A DNA stretch of 60,801 nucleotides. Source: Cystobasidiomycetes sp. EMM_F5 (Eukaryota). The translations under genes and the position numbers were made by a program. The DNA is taken from assembly GCA_051047955.1 (NCBI GenBank), contig JBPGPT010000039.1, forward strand, positions 62,001 through 122,801, written 5' to 3'. Numbering within the stretch: position 1 is the first letter of the stretch; every line of letters begins with the position of its first letter. Below the pieces are notes generated by a model that saw only the letters and a program-made list of their open reading frames with translations, had not been told where the DNA came from and did no database searches. Shown one piece after another: positions 51,838 through 60,801 of this stretch.

Positions 51838-53530
51838 TCACAACCGCGCTACCCCTCCGCCGCGTTTCCGGGAAGCTGCTGGACCACCTGCCAGCATCAT
51901 GTCCTTATCCTCCTTCCTTATCTTCCATCCATCTGCGCCAGATCCCACTTTACAATTGTGCTTCAACATGGCTTGCTTCGCGTCGTCAGCAGTGAAAGTG
52001 ATTGGATTGCAGCCCAGTAGCTTTGGCAGCCATCCAGTAATCTGCAGGAAACCCGAAAAAGTGGAGCTTCAGCTTCAAGTAAACAATCAACACGCACGTA
52101 GCTGTCATCACTTACAGTCTCTCCGTTACCCACATCCGGAGACGATAGAAATTTCTTGGTGCATTTGTCCGACGCGTCTTTGTCTTGTAAGGTGAAGTGC
52201 TTACACGTTTTAGCCTCTCCCGATGATTTATTCGCACCATCTGCTCCGTCGCAATCATCAAGTGCCCTCTGTAATACTCCATCGTCCCAGCCATTGAAGA
52301 AGTCGCCATGAAAGCCGTATCCGGTGGGGTCGCCGTGTGACAGGACAAAGGGTTGCTCCGGTATCATACCCAGACTCCAATCGATGTCATAATTTGACCA
52401 GTACAGCTCGTACTATTAGAGCGACGAATCAGTATTCGGTGCTCGGGAAGTGCTGTTGTCCCACCTACATGAAGCTCTGGGAACTTGCCAGCTTTGTGTG
52501 TGTCAGGGCAAGAACCGTCTTCATTCTCATACGCCATATGACTGGTATGGTCTTCAGAGTCCAGGCGTCCGTCCCAGCATCTGTGATGATATTCAGCAAT
52601 ACATCACCTGTCCGATGCGCAGATCGGTACTCACGTAGGGAAAAATATGTTTGCTCGCGCACCATCACGACACTTCGTAGTGGGAAAGTTGCTGTGGTGA
52701 TGAAAGCTGTATGTTAATTTACATTGGACTTGTCGTAGAAAGAGTCTTACTAGAGATCTTCCAGACTTTCCGATAACGGCGAGGTTTTAGTGCGCATGAA
52801 ATGATTGCAGACAGTGAAGCGCTCACTTTGGTACGTGATCGTCGTATCGAAGGCACTCCCATTTCACGTTGCGCTTCTTCGGGTTGTTTGCCAACGGAAC
52901 GTATGTCCTGGCCATCGGGTTGCCAGCAACCATTCGAAAGCCCTACGTAGTCAGAATTAGGAGAGAGCAAGTTCCCGTGCAATGGTGAAACTTGCCTTTG
53001 GAAATGCCTGTGTGGTTTTCAAGCTGTAGCCATAGTAGACCTGGGCACGATGCATAAGCAATGATGGAGTCTGCGCACATGCGCCCATCTTTAGGCAGAA
53101 TTTACCTGCTGTCCTTGATTCTCGCTGTTAAGTGCGATGAAGGACCCGTTCTTGTGCCAAAAGTAGACCATTGGGGTCCAGTATGACGACCTATCGGTGT
53201 ATATTCAATATCGGCTTACGGTCTGTAACAGAAACTCTTACTTGTCTTCGATAACCGACCCAGATGTGCATGGTGACGCTTGAAGCTGCTCATAAGTCAA
53301 GTTGGTGCCAAAGTTATATCCACCAACGACCGTATGGACGTGAGCGGACACCAAGTCGGGGCTAATGATGGGATCGGCGCGCCTGCAGGAAGAAAGGCTG
53401 AGTGACATGTTGGACTGAAAGCACCCAAATTTGCTTACTCTTGTACGAGAACTGTGGGTGCCAGACGGAAGAAAGCTATTGCACTGTGGGTGGATAATAC
53501 GATGAGGAAGAGAGTGAGGAGCGGAGTCAT
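51838..53530 (-). CDS. Secreted DUF1996 domain protein
   Basis: Signal MTPLLTLFLIVLSTHSAIAFFRL; RADPIISPDLVSAHVHTVVGG; EDK|SSYWTP; FPK|GFRMVAGNP; FVLSHGDPTGYGFHGDFFNGWDDGVLQRALDDC; LLGCNP. Confidence 0.9.
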
Positions 53531-53778
53531 CTTGACGACACTGTGAAAAGATCTGCGTAAGAATTAAGAAAGAACAAGGAGGCCAGCATTAAGCATCATG
53601 TAGTGCGCTGAATCTACATTGATTCTGCCGAGGCATCTCCCTTTCTCAAAGTCTATGAATGTTCGCTCCTCGTCCTATTTCCCGGAGGCATTGCTTACAT
53701 ACAACGGAAGTGACGCATTGTAGGCCGATAGGATGTCTGCCGGCATGCGCATGGAAGAGGAAAGCGGAACATGTGCGA

Positions 53779-53867
53779 CCTTACAGGAGGTCTCCCGCAA
53801 GGAGTGTCAAGGGTACCGAAGCCTTGCAACGGCTTTACGGGACGTGTCCTGAAAGGAGTGTCAAAGG
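53779..53867. repeat. Imperfect 35-bp direct repeat (period 54 bp), each copy self-complementary
   Basis: CCTTACAGGAGGTCTCCCGCAAGGAGTGTCAAGGG vs CTTTACGGGACGTGTCCTGAAAGGAGTGTCAAAGG. Confidence 0.75.
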
Positions 53868-54355
53868 CGGCACCTTCGAAGGATGGGCATGAGTGGGTCG
53901 GAATGCGCAGGTTACGTGATTGTGGAAGAGCATGCATGATCTTGCGACGAGGTCTGTGCATACTTAGTCTTTGAACGAAGCTCTGATGCAGTTCGTGTGT
54001 AAACGAATCCGTTGAGAAAGAAGCGAGTCCTTGGAGGATACTTCAGCGCCGGCTCACAACCCAGTGAAGCATTCAATTGTATCGAGCTTCGAAATCATCC
54101 GTCCCCGCCTTGTTTCGAGTCTCTATATCGACGCCACCGCGACCACCGGGACTTTACCATTCAGTCTCGTTAGCAGCCCGTTAATCCTGGCCGAACGAAC
54201 TCGACGACTTTGTCAATTTAAACGGCGACCACAGCAAACATTGCTCAGCGTCAGCTCGTCCATCGTCAGCCAGCTGGTGCCAAGTTCCTCAGACGCGCTC
54301 TAGCCGATATCGACTTCACATCCAGCACAATCAAGCGCCAACTGCGATACCGAAA

Positions 54356-55380
54356 ATGCAGAGTGCGATAAAGTCGATAAAATGTGTGGTGGTCGGAGAT
54401 GGTGCAGTGGGAAAGGTGAGGCCTGCGCTCCGCTTTGGCAGGAGCTGGACTTTGCTGGCTCGCCGTCAAAGCGCGTTGCGAAACCTGTCGATATTCGGGC
54501 TGGCGATAATTTCGAGCAATCCTGGACTGACTGTGGTTATGTCTTCCGCTGTGTCCCACGTCTACAGACCTGCCTGCTTATCAGCTATACCACCGTGAGT
54601 TGTGTAGTCGCCATTGTCGGAGAACCCCAACGTCTGGCATCGCTAATGAATCGACGTTTTGCCCTCACAGAATGCATTCCCAGTGAGCTTATACGCTGAG
54701 ACTATGCTGCTCGCAACGACATTGGCTCACGCTGCGGACATCGTTGCGCAATCGACTACCAGGGCGAATATATCCCGACCGTATTTGACAACTATTCCGC
54801 CAATGTCATGGTGGATGGCAAGCCCATAAATCTGGGCCTTTGGGATACAGCCGGTCAAGAGGACTACGATCGCTTGAGGCCGCTTTCATACCCTCAAACC
54901 GATGTTTTCCTCATATGCTTCAGCCTGGTCAGTCCCCCTAGTTTCGAAAACGTAAAGACAAAGGTAAGAGTGTCTATAGCATTTTGTGTCACTGAGTTGT
55001 ATTGGGACTTATTGACTTCGACTTCAGTGGTACCCGGAAATCCAACATCACGCGCCGAGTACGCCTATCATCCTCGTTGGCACTAAGCTGGATCTACGCG
55101 GGAATGAAGAGACTGTTATGAAGCTAGCAGAGCGGCGTATGGAGCCCATTTCCTATGAGCAGGCTATGGTGATCAAGAAAGAAATCAATGCGCGGGCGTG
55201 AGCTGCACGTGTCTTTACGAGTGACTGCGCGTAATCTAACAGTGAACTACGTATCGCAGCTATATTGAGTGCTCGGCGCTAACACAGCGGAACCTGAAGA
55301 GCGTTTTTGATGAAGCAATCCGGGCGGTATTACAGCCTGCGCCTATCATCAAGAAGAAGGTGAAATGCGTAATCTGCTAG
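54356..55380 (+). CDS. RAC1: Rho-family small GTPase Rac1
   Basis: [81 protein letters not shown]; polybasic region plus Caa[10 protein letters not shown]. Confidence 0.97.
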
Positions 55381-55855
55381 CTAGCTTCAGCAACGCAAGA
55401 ACGCTTGTCAAGGAGGAACACGGTCGTGTATTTATCCGAACACGGCACGCTGCTGCAAGGCTTGCGCTGCAACCGCTTGTCGTAATCCTCGCAAGGCCGT
55501 AGTGCGATTGACAGTCTTTGGAGAATCACTCGCTCGCAGGACTAATTTCATTTTTCTGGTAATCTGCTTTAAGTAGTAAATGTAGTTTCTCTATCGCTTC
55601 AACTCTGGCCCTTCATCTCGCACGTCTGCTTCAGTTTCCGTCGCATAGCCTATGCCGTGTCCGCAATGTTCTCTCCTTATTCCGCCTCTCTATGATTCTC
55701 ATGTATTGTACTTTATTGCCGCAGGGGATGTTGTAAGCATTGTCAAGGACGTAGACCTGGGTTTTACTGCTACTGCTCAGAGGGTATAAAATTGACTATG
55801 CTCCATGACAAGCAAAAAGTGACAAAGGTATGTGACACGATTTGCAGCAACTTCG

Positions 55856-58800
55856 CTACCGCTTGAGTGTCCGTTGCTTCTCAGCGAACTCGACGACTTT
55901 CTTCTCCACAAACAGGCCTTTACGTTTCCTCACGCTGTCCATATACCTCCGCGCAACATTCTCCCTTTCGGCTTTCTCGCCAAGATCTTCCAATTCCTCT
56001 TCCGTTGTCGGAACCCAGTAAGGGTCCTGATCAAGTAATTCGAAACCATGGAAGACGAGCTGCGGGTAGGCTGCTCCGGAAGTGCGCTTGCGGATCTCTG
56101 TTGGATTCATGCTCGCTTAGCAGACTGAGGCTTCAGATTGATTGCGCAACTAGACATACCTTCTGCGAAATTGAAACTCTCCACCACAGGCAAGAGCGCA
56201 GAAATGGTGAAGAAGGACGTGCCTTCTTTCATTTCTTCAGATACGATACGACCTCGCCGCCGTGCTATGACGCCGTAGACTTTACCGAGGACTTCGGCTG
56301 CAAACCTCGTGTCAGCTGAGGTGGACTATTTATGCGCTCGATCTGTTCGACGTACTGGATGCCTGAATATCGCACGAGTACATGGCTAGGAGTAGTCTCG
56401 GTGACCAGTCGAGGAAGCCTTGTTTGAAGCTGTCCTGTGCAGCGGCGATGATGCCTCCGGTGATCTGAGAGAGCCGTGTACGTACTGCAAAAAGTATGAG
56501 TTTTCAGCTGGCGCGTGACGCTATGGCACTAGTCTTACATAGTTCAGCTTCGGCGTGATCTTCATGAATCTCAAGAGCTTCGATTGTGTAAGCTAATCCT
56601 TGCACGGGCTCATTGCACAGCGGGCCACGCAGAGTTGAGAGCTGAAAGGCAGTTTCGATGCTATCCTCAAACATGCGCAGGTCGCTAGGCGAATGAGCTT
56701 GCATCTCCGCTGTTTGTTGCTCTATGTGTTCTGTCACTTCGAGAATTTCATTTTCGTCCTCCTTAGAATCGTGGTCAGCCGGAGTTGCGGCTCTCGCTGG
56801 CGTCGAGATAGTCGAGACATGCTTGGCTGTTTGCGAAGTGCGCATTAAAGATCGTGTCGATTTCGATATCTTGTTGAGGAGAATATTGGCACCAGTACGA
56901 CGGGCGCCGAATGCCCAGATATCTCGGGCCGTGCCCTCCCATTCTTTCCCAGCTGCATTCAGAAGGTTCTCAAGCCTTTTCCAAAACTCATGTATCGAAA
57001 GCTGGTTGGATGAGACTCCGGTATCGTTTACCGTGCTTTCCTGCAGTTCCAGTCGATCTTCAAGGAGCAAATTCTCGTCTGAGCCCGCTAGCTCGTGCTC
57101 TCTCTGCACCACTCGCTTCATCGTGTCCGCATTGGCAATGAGGAAAGCCGTCACTGCGTCCGGCAAAGGTCGAGCACGGACTCTGTAGGTCAAAAGACCG
57201 TTCTGTACCGAGCCATTGACACTGCCTCGCTCTGCGTCGGAAGCCTTCGTCGGTGGCATATCTACATTTTCAAATCAGTTCGGGCTTTGCTTGCAGTAGA
57301 TGTCCTGCTGATCTACCTATGCCATGTACTGTAGTCTCTCGAAAGGGAACGATTGGAGCGGAAGCATGGATTTCAATCTTCGCGAATCGCTCTCGGAGAT
57401 CCTTAAGACAGCGCTGTATTCCACCACAGTACGCTGAGCGAGCATCAAATGCGGCCAAACAGTTACTACTGACCTCCAAATGTAATTCTCCAGCCGTTAG
57501 AATGACATGCTCGCCGGTTTCTTGCAAGAGAGTCTCTACACACGAATCCGCCTGATTAAGTAAGCGTAGGCCTTCTACAAGCTTTGGCAATTGCGCTGTT
57601 GGTAAGAATCGAGAGTTAACCTAATATCAGAGACGTCCAATCGAAACTTGTCACCTGGATCGTTTGGCTCCAATGCAACTCGAACGATAGGCGCGGACTG
57701 CAAGGCGCATTTATGAACTCCACTCATCTACTTTGAGCCACAGAACTCACCGTCATGTACAAGCCCGCTAGGTTGACAAGCGAGCTTGCAGCGTCACCAA
57801 TGTCTTCATTCGTCGTACTTCGGTTGCTGTATCCGCATAGCGTTCCATTGCGCAAAATCTTCCCCTCGAGGCCACCAACAGCAAAAACGTTTCCGGCAGG
57901 CACTTCATCAATCGCCACGAGGTCTCTTCCCATCATCATATACAACCGTTCGATCTTGACGTGTGTCACAAACTTTGTGTTCTTCGGATGAGACGGTGGC
58001 AACTTTGGATTGAATTTGGGTAATACTGCCAACAAGTCCTGCCCTTTGCGCATCGTCCCAGAATATAGCCGGGCGAAACCAAGCAAAACTTCGGCGGGCA
58101 TAATCGTATCAACGTCGGCTGCAATCGCAGTGTGCTCATTCTTGTTGAGTGTATCGTACGGAATAGATTCGGAATCAGCACGAAGAGACTCTGCCTGGCT
58201 TTCGAGGGCTCTCCCTTCGTTGCTGACTACGGCACCAGTGGCGGCCAAGGCAGCAGCAGCTTCTCGACTTGCTCTTCCCCTAGCTCGCATTTCTTCGGCC
58301 GTTATAGGCTGTCTTTGATTCTCCGGGAGCGCGTCTGCCGGTACTGCAAACATCTTGCTGATATATGCTACCACGTACGCATCTTCCGCAGTGGAGCCGC
58401 TGTATAGATCTTCCTCGAGCTTGTTGAGGGGCTGCACATCTGTCTGATAATACGGTAAATCTGGATGAAGCATCTTAGGAATGCGCAGGGCTTGTGCCGA
58501 TGACGGTGACGGAATGATTTCGACGATGCCTCGGAAAGTCGCAGGAGCCAAAGGTAGCCATTGGGACAGGATAACGTTAAGCAAGCTGCGATAGTCTTTT
58601 GTCTTCAGATCTTGAGGCCGGATCTTCAGGCCCAGTGCTGCAACAATTTTGGCGATCTTTTCCTGATTGCTGTTGTTGTGCAGTATCCTCAGCTATGTTC
58701 TCACCTTCTCTGCGGTACCGTTTCTTACTAGTTCAGGATTACGCTATCGTATACGGCCCACAGATTTTCCAGCACGAATTGGACGAACATTGGCTTCAAG

Positions 58801-59967
58801 CTCCGTTTACCGAGGTGCTTCCTCGCCAGCACCCGCTTCGTCTTCGGATCGAGGTAGAAGTCGCCCCAGAGTACCTTCCTTAGATTGCTTTCCTTAATTC
58901 CTAATCTTGCCGCGTGTATTTGAGCAAATTGCGATATCCTGAAAGCCCATCCATCGATTGCGCTAGCGAAGATGACATTGCCCTGCTCGGGGGCGAAATA
59001 CAGGTCCTCGTCATCCTTTTCCTCGTACAGGTCGTCATCTCCATCATTTGAGTCATTGTGCACTTCAGTCTGGCCAGTCGATGATGAGGTGGACGCTTCA
59101 GCGCTGCCTGCTTGGTTAGCCAATCCAGCCGCAGTGTCTTCCTGCCTCTCTTTTTTGGCGGCGAGACGCTTGCTTCTCTCCTCTCTCCACCTCAGATCAT
59201 CTTCCATCCTTTCGCTCGCGTGAAAACTGCCCATTACTGCATTAACCTGTTCCACCAGCTGGGTCAAGTGATGATGCGCTTCTATCGGTGCAAGCCTCAG
59301 CTCAGTAATGAGTCTGTCGACTTTATTGATGACAAGGATCGGTTTCAAGCGTTCCTGCCAGGCCTGACGCAAGACAGTGATTGTCTGTGTACACACCCCT
59401 TCTACTGCGTCGACCATAACCAACGCGCCGTCGCATAGTCGTGAAGCGGTCGAGACTTCGCTTGAGAAGTCGACGTGGCCAGGCGTGTCAATCAGATTTA
59501 TCATGTAGTCTTCTTGTATAGGCTGACTGCCTGCGAATAACACGGCGTAGATGGAACGCCACCCGCAAATGATGCAATGGATATAGAGTAGTGGTCAATA
59601 TCAGACAGGCGGAATGGCAAGAAATGAGCCTCTTACCATCTAAAGCTTTCTTCATTGTTCTATATGATAGCGAGACCGCTGAGGACTCCATGGTAATACC
59701 TCGTTCTTGCTCGTCCTCTCTCGAATCCAGGTATCGCATCTTTCCGGCCATACGCTGTGAGATGATGCTGTTTGCAGCCAGCAGCGAGTCTGCATATGAA
59801 GATTTTCCATGGTCGACGTGTCCCACGATGCTGCAGACGGGGCAGTATTCGCAACATAAATTTGGACACAGAGGTCAGGTTTCGACAACAACAGCTCTGC
59901 TTCTGCCGACTGACCAGATGTTCCGAGTATTTGTTGCAGCAAACGATCTTGAAGGTCTTGAAGACAT
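55856..59967 (-). CDS. RIA1: Elongation factor-like GTPase 1 (ribosome assembly Ria1/Efl1)
   Basis: TNTRNI|...[102 protein letters not shown]. Confidence 0.97.
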
Positions 59968-60685
59968 GGATGGATGCAGTGTGCCGTACTTGGTACAAGT
60001 TCAGGCCGGACCTCGAGCTGGATATTACGACATCTGAATGGGTCAAATGAGTCAGTAACCCGAAAGACTAACAATGTCGCGGCAAGATTCATCATGCCTT
60101 CTCGCTATTAGTCATAAGCGTGCTGCGCTGGACATCATGGACGATTTCTCCAGGCCTATTCTAAACTGAAAAGGCTGACAGGCTGATGAGAACATGAACG
60201 TACTCAGGCGGAGGGAGACCGCAGCAGAGTGCGAGGGGCGACGGGCAGCGTCCCTGGTTTTGGTGTGACTGATTCGCCAACGCTGATAACGGCGTTTGCA
60301 ATGCCGGACCATGCATGACCGGAGACCACTCTGCATCAGCTTCACTTAGATACGGTCTCATGTATTCGAACACCATGGCTCCCTAAGCAAAATGGCGTCA
60401 GATCAATAGTCTGATAGCAAACGTGCCTGACGATTCAACCGCAACCCGAGTGAAGGCGGCGACCGTAGCATCAATCATTCACTATCCTGCACATTCTCAT
60501 GTCATCTTGCACAATGCAAAGACAAAAAGAAAAAATTCCGAAAATTTGACAACGACAAGTATGACAGACAACACCTGCAATAATAGGCGAATACTAGGCT
60601 AACATAGAAGAATGAAGGAAGCAAGCTAACGTGAGCATATAACAATAAACGAAGGAAATCAAAGAAAAGAGTGATAAACGAAGCC

Positions 60686-60801
60686 TCATTCGTCATCGAA
60701 GACGATGTCGACAGTCGCAGGCGAATCCGGTGCGACCACGAGAACTTCTTCCTCTTCCTCTTCCTCTTCCTCTTCCTCTTCCTCTTCCTCTTCCTCTTCC
60801 T
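60686..60801 (-). CDS. 3' end of a gene truncated by the window edge (poly-Glu, then VLVVAPDSPATVDIVFDDE*)
   Basis: The minus-strand (GAAGAG)n run is in frame with a short tail ending at TGA (60686-60688), followed by a U-rich 3'-UTR-like sequence. Confidence 0.5.
   Translation of the reverse strand, partial: EEEEEEEEEEEEEEEEEEVLVVAPDSPATVDIVFDDE
60748..60801. repeat. (CTCTTC)n hexamer microsatellite at the window end
   Basis: Read directly from the sequence; about 9 units. Confidence 0.95.

Noticed and set aside
53779..53867. CRISPR-like repeat-spacer or glycine-riboswitch tandem
   Set aside because: There are only two degenerate copies in a eukaryotic context, with no cas genes. Glycine-aptamer consensus elements are incomplete.
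60112..60376. Small minus-strand ORFs upstream of EFL1
   Set aside because: They have no recognisable homology and only weak splice support, so a gene cannot be supported.

Overview
This is eukaryotic, intron-rich and very gene-dense fungal DNA. Introns are short (mostly ~45-70 nt) GT-AG types with CTGAC/CTAAC branch points, and the style is that of a compact basidiomycete, plausibly Pucciniomycotina; the species is not determinable here. About 28 genes can be supported. Housekeeping genes: coatomer gamma (SEC21), IMPACT/YIH1, ADE5,7, casein kinase I, RFC4, UTP11, ITPase (HAM1), TCTP, POF1-like NMN adenylyltransferase, SEC10, RIX1-like, NAA10/ARD1, VTC1, RAC1 and EFL1/RIA1. Accessory content: a 9.7-18.6 kb block with two F-box/LRR-like genes, a quinate-permease-like MFS transporter, a Gfo/Idh/MocA oxidoreductase, a small secreted protein and a diverged ~350-bp direct repeat; a tandem GH5 endoglucanase pair (one with CBM1); a DUF1996 protein; and an EGF-domain type II membrane protein. 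The most notable items are: (i) a stand-alone protein whose motifs resemble bacterial polymorphic-toxin RNase tips, lying just upstream of a nucleotidyltransferase; (ii) a tandem hairpin-forming 35-bp element with a compensatory change in the DUF1996/RAC1 divergent intergenic region; (iii) an unexplained ~1-kb locus at 28.2-29.3 kb that looks transcribed; (iv) a compositionally distinct, long-intron MARVEL-gene island. No rRNA, tRNA, CRISPR or intact transposon was recognised. Gene coordinates span introns and were read by eye.
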